Shown: positions 51,401 to 64,000 of the stretch, one piece after another
Numbering within the stretch: the first letter of the stretch is position 1
Layout: the number at the start of each line of letters is the position of its first letter
Assembly (NCBI GenBank): GCA_977030845.1
Contig: OZ365114.1
Location: forward strand, 25,606,001-25,670,000
DNA length: 64,000 nt
Direction: 5' to 3'
DNA from: Fimbriosthenelais zetlandica
Lineage: Eukaryota
Program-made: the position numbers and the translations under genes
Notes under the pieces: generated by a model
The model's input: only the letters and a program-made list of their open reading frames with translations
Told to the model about the DNA's origin: nothing
Database searches by the model: none

Positions 51401-54400
51401 AGAAAACTGATACTTGCAAAGAATGCCATCTTCTATCTTTTGCTCAACGTTTGGACCATTTTGAGTGTACAATTTATCCCTAAAATGGAGGGAAAAGTAG
51501 CGTGCATGTTAAAAGCTGGCCTGGCCATGAACTCAACGTGTCCACATTAAAGACATCAAAGTCAGAGCCCGGGACTGCTCTCTGCTTCCTAATTCAATAG
51601 TGGCCAATGTTGGGAGCACTCTGAGGCCGGACGGTCCCACATCGATCGACCCCAACACTGGTCTAAGTGAGAGAAATAGAGAAGTTCTATCACATTACTT
51701 ACAATGTAAGTGATGGAGATCTTCCCAACTTGGCCAGACATGAGGGCGAATATTGACAGAGAAATTCCGAGGCACACTCTTAAACGTTTAGCTTGAAACC
51801 TACATAAAACTGTATGGATTTAAAGAAATTAAACAGATGATGTCAAAGAAAATTTCATATATGTGAACAACCATTCGACATACATGCATTGGAAACTGAT
51901 AAGACCACCCAAGCCTGGATGACGTCCACTATTCTGATGATGAAAGAGCAGATTAAGAGTGTAGGAATAGAGGGGAGGGGTTGAGTAGGTTATAAGGGGA
52001 GGGAGGGCCTCCCCCTCCGGTCTCCTGGATGGTGAAAGCTTGTCCCTTTGCTCTCCCACTGCGAGCATTATGGCTGCAGGCAAAGACCAACTAAACAGCC
52101 ATTTCCTTCTATCAATACACCCAGCAGACAGGCTTGAGAAAACACAACTGTTTCCATCCTACTCGGTATTGAGAACTAGTTCGAAAAAATTCACAGCATC
52201 AGCAGCACAACTTGGGCAGGAGTTTTGTTAGGGAAACTTGGCCGAACCAAAGAAAAAGTGAAATGTGTTTGTTCATTTCAATGATAAACATGAATGCGGC
52301 GAAATGACAATAACTGCGATCCCTCAGCAAAGTTTGCGTTTGGAAATTGACTGCCGTTGGATCAGCAAGAGTTTTTGTCATGGATTGTAATTAACAATCT
52401 TAAATCTCATCATGCTTTTGAAGCATAAGTTTAGAGATAACCGACAACTAAATTATAGAAAATAAAAGATCTTTACTCACTGAATTAATGACATTTTGTG
52501 TGATTCTATTTCATCCTCGGAACTACGCACCGCCCGACTGTCTGGAATAGAATAATTATGGCTTAAAATATGAGATGTATATTATGATCTGAACAGACTT
52601 ATAATGGCATGATGCCCCCTTTTTAAAGCCAAAGCCAAATTCTCGGCAGCTGTTAGGCTTCCAATATGATAGCCGAATTGGATCATGAATTATACCCGTC
52701 ACGATTTAGACTCGCGAAAAATCTCACCAAGGTGTCCTCTGCCTCTCCCATTCACAGATAATCAACTTACAATTCCCACTAAATTATCCACTTTCAAATC
52801 AAATCGGATTTACTTAATATAGTATTTTTCCCGAAATCTCACTTTACTAATTTTGCTGGCATAATTTCCCCATCAATCACAAGGAACAGATGAAAATGAC
52901 ATTGAAACTAGGAGAGAGATTTAATTTGCATTTATATGAAGTCATGCTAGCACCTAAGCCATGGTTTAGAGGTCTGTAATGAGAGTTAGGTCTGGGGGAA
53001 TGGCATGCGACACGCAGTCACAGGCAGGATGCTTAACTAGGGAATGAATGGGGGAGCTGGGGAGCTGGGGAGAAAGCATGCATCACAATGATACAAATTC
53101 TCATCTTCAAACCTAACGTAAAAACTCCCAAGCATCTTAGTATTCATTGCCATTACAAAGGCAGAGCAAGCTCCTTTTGTGGCATCTAAATATTGGATCT
53201 AACATTTGTGCGACATTGCTATTAGTAATCCAACTAGCGGGCCCCCGTTATCTGGGGGCACTGAAGGGAAAGGCAGCTGGCATTTTTCATATATAACGGG
53301 GATAACAGGCATAAATATGGAAAGAAGGATGTCAAGGAAATGAGGAAAGATAAAAGATTGCAATGATGTAAGAAGCTTGACAGAACATTTTACTTTGAAC
53401 ATTAGGCCTAGCAGAAGGCCCAGGGGTAAACGCCCATCCCAGGAGCGCCAGAAATAATATAATAGATGGTAAGAGCATGATACGTTGGGTTGAATGAACT
53501 GTAATGTGTAGTGATGTCAACATTTATGACTAACATTAGAGTGTATTCAGACGACTAGTTATAGAAGTTGGAGGTTTTTAACACGCTACAATAAAGGCTG
53601 CTTTAACAATACCTTGGCTTTAGACGACATTAATTTTCAGCAAGCAGTTTCTACAAGACAGGGGCAGCGTGTAGAGGGCTTGAGCCGGCTGATTCATTAC
53701 CCACATACACACAGAGAGCCTGCTCCATGGCTTCAACCTGGCCCTATACATTAACACGACCCATCCTATTGTAGTCAGCCATGTCCCGACATAAGGCAGC
53801 AGGCTCAAGATGCGTAATAAACACTGCTTTGTAGGAGGCAACTGGAGGACAATCTGCCATTATTACCCAATTTATCTCACAATATAAGGTGGGTGTAGAA
53901 GCAGTAGGGGTTGGGAGGGGGGGGGGGAGCACAATACCTGGGCTGGCGACATGGGGTAGTCTTATATGGACACCAGGAAGGAAGTCTATGTGATTCATGT
54001 TTACCTTGGTATTTCTCTCACTTCCTGTGTTTTCTGGATGGGGAGGCTAGTGTCACATGTAGACCCATTAACTGAGTCCATCTATAGGTGCATTAGGCCA
54101 GTCGTGGAATGTAATATTTATCTAAGCTTTTAATGCTGAATACATAGGTCTGTAGCGACGAAAACCTACTACATTTGTAGAGAACTCCAGCATAATCCAA
54201 ATAAAAAAAAATAGGTACATGAATGAACCCTATATATGCAGTTAATAATATCAGAGGTGAATGCAAATAGTACAAAAGAAAATGTTTTGTATAGTAAAAC
54301 ATGTAAACAAAAGAACTGTGTTATAAGACGTTATGGAGCCTGCACCTGGTACCCTGAGGATTTCTCCACCAGTCTGAGTTGTAACAGACGTAATAGAGGT

Positions 54401-55396
54401 TTATTTCACGAGAGCAGCCCACAGCCATATGTTAGCATTGAGTCGTCTATAAAATAACTGTCAGGTAATACATGACATGAGACCTGGGGGAGCAGCAAAC
54501 TGTATGTTACATTAGGCCATTCTTACCCTATTATACCTCACTCCCTCATCATGCCATATATACAGGCCCAACCTTCACCTGCCTCATCTCTGATATTTCA
54601 CAAGAGCTCCACAAAAGGGATATATATGTATACTCTATGGTGGTGTACTTAAATTATAAACACCTTATATAGCTTACCATTAATATCACTTCACTTGATA
54701 TAATGCCAATTTTTCCACCAATAATTTAACATTGGGTAAAAACTGGGTAAATGCCATTAAAATGTCTGATGGAATTCCAAAAGGAGAACATCTAGACGCT
54801 ATTGTTTGACAGTGTCTTGGCGAGGAGTATAAGAGATGCCTAAAGCATTTCCCTCAACCTGAAATAATGTAATGTGACAGTGTGAAAATGGCTTTGTATC
54901 TTAATTGATTCGGCAATCAATTATGAATGGATTCTAACACACAATGTGCACAGCTAACAAAAGAAAATACAGAGGCCTTTATATTCATTATCCTAGGCTA
55001 CAGCATAATACGTGTACGCATGATTCCTTTTTGCTCTGCGACAGAAAGAAGGGGAACACAATATGTTACTGTATGCGTCAGCAGCATCATAGTGTATGAC
55101 CAAGAACTTTTTACTCTTCTGTCCATATGTTATTTACCATAGATCAGCTTTAAAAATTAAAGCCCGTCTCGCACGATAAAGGTTGAGGGCATAATTCAAT
55201 GTGAATTACACACTGCTAGGAGTATCAGGCATGAGGCGATGGTGAGGTATGACATCTGCCGCTGCTCTATGAGTAGAATGATGCATGTATGGCTATAGTC
55301 CATATTATACCTCATTGCAATAGTTCAATATGGTATAACAAGGTGCACAATACTCCGGAAAACATGCCAGTATATGCTTGTATAAACCTGATAAAC

Positions 55397-55580
55397 TTGG
55401 TAAAGCTTGGGATAATTTTCCAAGATAAATTCACTAGGAAGCCAGCCTCAAAATTGGGAAAGCTTGGGGTAATTTTCCAAGATAAATTCACTAGGAAGCC
55501 AGCCTCAAAATTGGTAAAGCTTGGGATAATTTTCCAAGACAAATTTACGAGGAAGCCAGCCTCAAAATTAGAAAAAGCTT
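55397..55580. repeat. 57-bp tandem repeat, 3 copies plus a partial copy
   Basis: Units start at 55397, 55454 and 55511 (ttggtaaagcttgggataattttccaagataaattcactaggaagccagcctcaaaa). Confidence 0.95.
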
Positions 55581-58500
55581 TGGATAAAGACTGTAGCAAG
55601 GCAAGGCTTACCGTATACGTCTTACAGATGCATTATCAGAGGTTGTAAGGAGAATGCTGCTAAATAATAGAGGCCACAAAATAGCTTCATATGATAGATG
55701 TTCAGTCTCACTCCTCCCACCAACATCTCTCATGTCACTTAGCAAGGCAAGCCGAGAAAAAAAGCAAGAAGGATTTTATAAGAGGACAGCTGTTGTGCAG
55801 GACAGTGCAGTGATACAAGCAAATGATGTTATCTCCACTTCTATTACATCACCTCTCAACAATGTTCAGACAAGTACTGAGAAATTTAGACGGAATATTT
55901 CACAACTGTCAGGTAATGGCTGGACAATTATATATCTGGACAAGTCACTTAAATTGCGGCTTGGTATGTTGAAATATGAGGTATTTCACAATGTCATAAA
56001 CATAAGAACATACACACCAAAGTGTTAAAGAAACCGGAAACTATCTTGAAGATATCTCTTCTATATATGAGGGGAAGAGCACACTTAAGATCAAGCTGCC
56101 TTGGCTAGAAGGATGGTTTCCTTTTATGAAAGAAGAAAGTTAGGAACCGCCGGGGGAAAATATGAGATATTAAAACATCTCATTTACCATCCCCCAAGTA
56201 ATAACCAGCATGAGAAGACTTAAGAAGTACATCTTCTCTTTTCCAATCTTTCCTTCTCAGACATTAAACTCTGGACTCTGCGGGGATTGCCAATATCAAT
56301 CCATCTCCCTATCCACACCCCCTGCAGGCCCACGGCCTTTTATATCCATTGTAACCCTAGGGCTGTCTCTGTAATAGCGACCTGAACTCACGGCGACCTT
56401 TTGATGATCCCCTCCCTGGGCTATCATATTTGACCATAGATAAATGGGGTAGAAACATCTAATAGCCCGGCAATGAATGGGTTTTTTCAATTATTTTCGA
56501 AGGGTAAGATGCTTCCCCGGGTCTAAATATATCATAAAAGGTCTTTAAAGGTCGTGTCTTGAGTTTGTGCCGGCTGAGAGCCACTCGGGAGCCATAACCT
56601 TAGTTTATGAAACTCGAATATATGGGTCCTTCTAAAGGATAGGTGGCTGCGGGGCTCTAAAATCAATTTGGAGATAATTGAATGAAGAAAAGAGCCCCCA
56701 GATGGGGTTTAAGATGATTAAGACCCAGCCCAAAGCTATAGGCATCTTTATCATAGATATACCCGGTAAACACTATACATATCAGTATTAGCCAGTTAGC
56801 ATGCCCGCCTGGCACACCCGGACTTATGGTATGTAATCTATAAGGGAATTTACTCATAAACATGCATACAATAGAAGGCAAATATACTTAATGTTAAGAC
56901 ATCTAAATACAGTAATGTATATTTCTCCAGGCCATGGGAATATATCTGTCTGAGGGCATTGAATTAACATTAAAACACTGGATAACCAAACTGGTACAGA
57001 CTCTAAGAGTTTAGAGAAGTTCTGGAAACTTCTGGAATTTATATATGTGGAATTGTGGGCTGGTCACTGATGGAAGCGCCCCCTGTGAAGATTGAGTAAA
57101 CTATTAGTTCAGCCCAGGCACCGCCCCTAATCAAACACTGCCCTGCTGGAGGCTGTGCCAAGGAATGGAACTAAAACTGCCTCCATCAGCTAGCCACCTT
57201 AACACACACATTTCCAGGATAATGTAAATCCGAGTTAAGGCCGAGAAATAAAGTGTTCCCCACAGCATAGTAGAAATGCTTTATATCTGTAACTTTGCCC
57301 TCATGGAGGTTGCCATATGGCTGCCATAAGCATGGCTAATGTAACTTCTCCTTTATGCATAAACCACTTGCCTGATACAAGTCTATATATATTTAAGTAA
57401 TGATACTAGAGGCAAGAAATAAAATCATGGATGATGGAAGAATTTGTGAAACAATTTTCTCAAGATTAGGCCACGAGATGAAGTAGATGTGATTAGTAGT
57501 TTTGGGAAGTATGCATGTGTTAGCTCAGTGTGTGTTCACATGGTGAAGCATGTAACAGCATGCATGTTATTACATGTACATACACTCAGATAGTCTATAC
57601 CAGGCTCATCTCTCAACCAACTTCAAAGGCCAGAAGTAAGAGATAATCCTGTTACTTGAGGGCATACTCAGGCTCCTGCAGAACTCGATAAATCAAAGAC
57701 ATTTTCCAGGATCTACTACAGAGGTGCGGTTCTAGAGAGCTCGCCTCGTCATCTATCTCTATCTACACAAGTGTGGAAGGAAAAATCTATTTTGTAAGAA
57801 ACCAGTGCAATGGGAGCTCTACCAGTGGACACTTTCCTCAAAAGCAAATCAATACGATTCATTATAGGCTTTAGATGGGAACACCAGTCCACTAATTAAG
57901 CCCTTCTAAAGATCTAGAAACCTCAAGTATTTCTTTCTAAGCAAGAAAGGAAAAGTATAGCCTATAAGAGTACCTCAATATATTTTCTTTATTTCTTTTG
58001 AATTCATCTATTAAATATATCAAATATTCTCTAAAATGTGGCTCTTGGGTTAGAAAGGTAGATTTTTTCCCTCGGTTCTAGATCTCCCCTTCACTCAAAA
58101 AAGTGTCCTGTTCCACCAAAGCTCTCCTTTGCACTGTTAGTGCTATTGGTTGAATCAAAGGAGACAGGGATCTTAGGATCTGTGGTGAGGTTCGTGCCAA
58201 CATAGCCTTCCTATAGTCAAAGCTATCAGTACAGGTTATGTCTGATCTATACAGGCCCTGTGAATATCCAGGGAGAAAGACTGGAGTAAACAACAGTAAA
58301 TAGATCGGTCTCCAGACCAGTTATGTTTGTATTTTTTAGCTCTTATACATCTTGTATTGTCCACATTTGTATACTTTATTCCCACTGAGGACCTCTTCAT
58401 TGTTGATCATATTCATATACACTTAACAGATATAGATTATGTTTGTTCTTTTTAATATCATCTGAGCCAGATGGAAGAGCGAGAGTGTAAAGTGAGGCAT

Positions 58501-61500
58501 GGAGAGGGCGGGGTGGGAGACCTTGGCAGTAAAACATAAGAAGTGCAATCTTTGCATGGGCTATATATTATAGCTATAATATGATATAAGGGCAGGCACA
58601 TTGGCCCGTCCTTGGGAATAGAATTTATAGCTTTTTGGCCTGGTCTGGGGTGGTCAATCCTCCACACCTTGGCAAACCCTTTGACTCCCGAACCCTCCAG
58701 TGATCCAAGCACTCCCAAATGTATCGACCATGCCGACCAAATCCAATTTTTATCCCTCAACTCAAAAGCCAAGCCAATGCCGGGATGCCAATAAAAAAGG
58801 TCAATTTCCTCTGGCCCATTAAAAAGACAAAAGACAAAATTACTTTGACAGTTTTCTTTTTGGCCAGCCACTTGGATTTAGTGAAAAGAGAGAAGGACAG
58901 GTGTTTTTAGTTGGGCTTGACCTGAGCCTTGCTGCCAGATTCGGATTGACTGGGGACAAGAGCAATGACTAGGCAAAAAACGCAAGGCAATAAAATAAAT
59001 AGTTGGTTTCCAGTAACGTGGCAAATAAGGAACCGATAGAGCGGAAGGAGAAAACAGTTTTTTTAATGGATTAAATTTAATTTTAACCCCCAGGTAATGA
59101 AACCCAGTGCCTTCAATTTACTTGCATAATTGCCTTTATAGATTTTTTCAAACCATTACAGGGCCGTGGGTAACAATTCTGGGGATTTTTAGCCCAAATT
59201 TAGGGGTTGTGGTGACATTACGACAAAGCCGTCCCCAATTCCAACCACCAAGGCTTTTAATACCTTGAGGAGGATCCAACCACCGTTAAAGGGAAATATT
59301 TGCTCATGAATCCGGCTTTCCTGCTGACAAAGAATGAGCCTTTGTGGTGAACGACCCTTCAGTGTGAAATGTAATCCAATTAATCAAGTGTGCACAAAGC
59401 AATCCCTCAAGCAACCCACTTTACATACAGTACACAATGTTACTGCAGACCTGAATGCAGAATGTAATGCATCATAGATGGGGTTTCCAATGATATCTTG
59501 AAATTTTTTTAAATATTCTTCTAAGGGTTTGAGGCAGACAATAGACAGAATTTATATGTATTTGGAGCAGGCATACAAGACCATTGCTCATGGTCAGAGC
59601 AACTCGGATCTGCTCATGCATTGCTGCTCTCCTGGAGAGACATTAGGATTGCCTCTCGCCTCTGTCCAGGACATGGCCTATCTTTACCTTGTCATCTCCA
59701 CCAGTCCCTCTCAGCCCTGCCTACCCACCATAACATGGACAAACACAGTCTGCTTCACCAACAAATGCAACTATTTCTTATTGTGAAATATGATATTTCA
59801 TTAATTCCTTATTAGGAATATGCCACTCACATTTTATCTTTCATAAAATATCATGAAAAGACCTTTGCTGCATATTATATGATCATGTCTAAATTAATAG
59901 CTAATTTATTCAATTAAGTCCCGTTTCTGTAAAATAGAATGAGAGAGACTGTAGGATGGGAGGACAGAGCATTGTGTGGTGCTCAGTGAGCAGTATGATG
60001 TGGACATGAAGAAGGTCAGTATGTCTGTGAGCTGCTCCAGGCTTGTGTGGCACTCACATACATTCCTTCATGCTCATATCCTGCCCAACTTTTGTCAATA
60101 TCTGTCACTGACATGGAAGCATGTACTGTGGAGAGTGGAACTAGCTACAGAGAGACAGAAAGATACAGAAGAAGGACAGAGTATAAAGAATGCAAATATA
60201 TAGAGAATGCGACAGGACTTGAGATATTGAGAGGACTTGAGTGAATAGATTCATGAGTCATAGACACTTTTAATCTGCATTTAGATATATTGATGAAGCC
60301 TATTTATTAGGTCATCATCAAGAATAGCATCCTCAGTCGGAAAAGTCTCTTCGAGGGGGGTTCCCACCTAATAACACCCAGAGAAGATGCTCTTCACCTC
60401 TTCATCTGGACCACCTTCTACGGTGGCCAGTATAGACAGAAAGCAGTGAAGGAATGTAGGGCTGAGAAGTGGCGAGGAGAGGAGGAAGTGTTGGTCTGTG
60501 AATCTCATGTTCTACCACCTTGCACATTGCATAGAAGTGAAGCAGAAGTCTGCCATATGCTTGCCACCCGGGCCTCCCACCACCTGTCCAAACACCCCCC
60601 CCCCCCTACACACACATACTCTCTCACTTCCGAGGCACCCATCTATAAACCAGCCAACTTCAGCGAAACAAAATTACCCCAGAAAATATATTGCCAAAGA
60701 AATGTTCCATTAAATAAAAGATGGAAGCAATATTTCATTCAAGCTCAGACAGGTGTTTTCTGTGGGGGAAAACTGGCCGACCATTATGTTGATGTTGGAA
60801 GCAGCTTAGAGTAAGGAAGGAGGTGTAGTATCTTTTAAAGAGGCCATCAATGGCCTGGCACCTCCCTCAGTAAACAGCCTCTCATTTTTATAGAGGAATA
60901 ATGTATCATGTTATACTCAGAGAGCTACTTAAACTCAGGGCCAATTTGTTTATTTTTCTCGTGTCAGGAAGAGAGAAAAAGAAGGAAGCGATGAAAGAAG
61001 AGATGTTAGCACTTCTAACCTATGTCAGGAAGGATGAATCGGCATTGACAGATGTTGATTGGGAGGACACATGGGCCATACATTTCCAGTCAAGTTTCAG
61101 ACTTGGCTGTGAAAAGCAGAGCCAGTTCCAGGTACATTCATGAAATGATGTACATTTTTTTCTATCAGGGTGACAGATAGTCTTTGTGATCTTAGCATTG
61201 CATGAATGCTGCTACCTCTGGCTCAGGGCTCACCAAAAATCTATTTTCCCAAATCTTCTTTTGAGTGGTGTGTTTGTGGAGGATTTTTTCTTGTTATTTC
61301 TAAGATAGATTCATGTGTTATTGGTGGTGGTAGACACCACACGAGGCCAGTTATCTGAGAGAGGCAGAAGCATTGGTGCTGGCAGATGGAAGGCATGTTG
61401 TGGTGGAAACAAGGCTCCCCTGACAATTTCAGCCTGAGATGTCACCCACAATAAACAATCTCCCCCAGAACACCCCAGCTTAGAGAAACAAGCTGGAGCT

Positions 61501-62168
61501 GTCCTCCAGAACCAGGGCAGAAAAAATAAATCAGGAGAGGATTTAGATCAAACTGATGTGCTGTATATCATCCATAGAAATGATAAAACGACAAGCAAGA
61601 ACGGTCAAACTTGATACGATGAAATGTGAGATATAGAACAATGTTAGACAGCTGAATGTAGGCAGTCAAAGCAAAGGCCGCTTTATCAGAACTTACCCCC
61701 TGTTTCCTCTTTCAATCCACCATTTGTCCGCTCTGTGGAAGCAGCAGTCACTTCTATATTGTTGATCTTTAGCCAGACATAACAGAGTAACAAGTGAGGT
61801 TGACAGCAGGGGGTCACCAAGCCTTGTCACCCACCAGCAGGGCCTGCAGTCACATAGACCGAGAACTGGACGAGTACCAAGCCTTTCATCACATCAATTC
61901 ATGTCATCACAGGCCTGTTCATCCGCCCAATTTATACCACGGCCAGGATTCATATCAGACCTTTTATGGTGTGAAACATTAGGCGCAGTGCCAGGATTTA
62001 GTGCTGCAATGCCTTTATGGTCGTTTATAACATAATGAAAGCACCTCCTAAACCACTTATTGCTTAATGGATGCACCAATCATCTTGTATTATGATCCAT
62101 TTATTGGTTCTGATTGGCTCAAGTTATGAATGATTGACACATAGGCCTCCAACAGATTCTGCCTGGTC

Positions 62169-62249
62169 TACCTGCATCATCCTGCACCATTCACTGCCTT
62201 TACCTGCATCATCCTGCACAATTCACTGCCTTTACCTGCATTTCACTGC
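62169..62249. repeat. 32-bp tandem repeat, ~2.5 copies
   Basis: tacctgcat begins at 62169, 62201 and 62233. Confidence 0.9.
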
Positions 62250-64000
62250 TTCTTGCAAATAAAAGAACCAGGTTCAAGGGGCAGACAGACATTCCATCAA
62301 ATCCCTCCAAGGATGTACAAAGTATATTTTATCCTATTGAAAATAAATCCCTCCAGACCTATTTAATCAACTGAAGTGAAGTAGTACTGAAAGGAGCGTA
62401 AATCTAGAAGGGAAGGGTATGGAGAAAGTCATTGATTATAAATGTGGATAATGGATGCCATGACAGCCTGAGATGCTGGGAGTTAGACCATATTACAGCA
62501 TGAAAGCCTGATGTAAGAACACAGATGGAAGTCTTTGTACCTGGGTGTGTGGCTTGGTTTAAATGCCAACCAAGTATCTAGGCAGAAGTTGCTATGCCTT
62601 CTGTGGGCGATGTCTTCAAGCATTCCTGTAGCGATGTTATACAAGGGCCGTGTGAGAGCCACCAACTGTCCAAACACAATCTTCCCTCCTTCACCAGCAA
62701 CTAGACAGGTTAAAGGCTGACAATGGCCTCTGTGAATCTCTCGCCAACATCTGTAGCGGACTGGAGTATAATACAAACAAGCAGGGATGGTAGGCCCTTG
62801 GTTCCCCCAATGTAAATAATGTATTTGTACAACTATTGTGTTACAGGAAGCACTAGAGAAGGGGGAGGGGATAAGGAATGTGTTTTAGATGTGTGTGGGG
62901 CGTCAGAGAAGTGGTTGGGATGTTAGGGCTGTAAGGTAAATGAGGGAAACATTACTAGACATGATACCACAAATGACCCATCCATAAAAAATATATTTCC
63001 ATCAACTTTCGTCTTCCTTGTGGAAGCAATTTCCTTAGTTATGATGCAATATTGTTTTAATAGGAACTGTTTATAAATAAAAATCGGTGGATGGAAATGG
63101 AATGACATTTGCATGTGGCGGAATAAAAGCTAACACCTTCTTTCAGTTCTTATTTTCATTTTCACAGAGCACTTGTCATTCTACTCCGGTGACATTTTTC
63201 GGGAGACGATTTAAATTTTGATGTTTAAACATGCTGGTTCATTACAAAACTCATTTATTCTTCCCCTTAAGGCTCACCAATAGGTCAAGAAACACACGTG
63301 GTTTCTATGATTCCAGCTCGGAGCCAGAGGGCAGCAATTACTATACAGTAGCATCTAATCAATAAATAATTATCTTTTCTTGTGCCTCACACACAATATT
63401 CCCCACACGTTTCCATTCACTGACTGCAAACAAGCATAAAATAGGTTTTCAATGAAGGAAAATGAGCATCTGTGGTACAGACAGACAATGATGAGTATGG
63501 ATTTAAAATGCCACTGGCTTTTAGCGACCCAATACCTATGAGGTTTCAACTGATAGACTCCTAACAACTGGATATACGTGTGCGGGGGTGGGTAGACCAA
63601 GTTCAGATGTTATGCTCCCCATCAGGATCTTTTGCAATTCATCTTTATACATATCGTTTGTCTCCTTGGAATAATCAGTCATAAGATATGGAACATTTAT
63701 AGGATTTTCCATAAGATTTCTATCGTAAAATAGTCTTCAACATATCCCAATAAATCAATTCCATATAATGTGAATTGAAAGCGAAATGAATGGGGAATAT
63801 AGACACTGTGCAGAAAGAAATACTTACAACTATGAATGTGTGAATGTTAATGCAAGGAGCAGGCAGAAGGACTGTAGTTACGTGATAAACTTGTAAGTCT
63901 GGAAACAAGTCAGAAGTATCTAGCCTTTAATTTGAGTGCCATGTGAGTTGGCTGCCTGTCGGTTCAGACCATGTCATTGTAGTTGTCTCACGGTGGGGTG

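Noticed and set aside
54456-54475. Resemblance to miR-8/200 (ACTGTCAGGTAA)
   Set aside because: The seed region differs (ATAACTG versus AATACTG), and no star arm or hairpin is evident.

Overview
This is eukaryotic (animal) genomic DNA, AT-rich and microsatellite-rich, with two N gaps. It is probably an invertebrate such as a bivalve mollusc, but that is a weak inference. Only one protein-coding gene is supportable: an exostosin-like 3 (EXTL3/botv) orthologue on the minus strand. Five coding exons are present (7763-5621, 1702-1601, 1244-1090, 722-595, 426-282). They have canonical GT-AG junctions with matching phases (1,1,0,2,0) and total 2673 nt, or 891 codons. The final exons lie left of position 1. 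The protein has a type II TM anchor, a coiled-coil stem, a GT47 exostosin domain and a GT64 domain with the DDD motif. Its notable features are a 119-aa low-complexity loop containing an S1P-like RNLK motif, two introns I do not recall in the vertebrate gene, and six uATGs in 113 nt of 5' leader. The remaining ~56 kb (7.9-64 kb) has no recognisable coding sequence. It contains tandem repeats, long GA tracts that all lie on the + strand, a CpG-rich promoter-like island at ~13.1-13.5 kb, a helically phased CRE triplet and several candidate non-coding exons or splice signals. I found no CRISPR array, RNA gene or intact transposon, and no clearly new biological system. The findings are hypotheses about EXTL3 regulation and processing.
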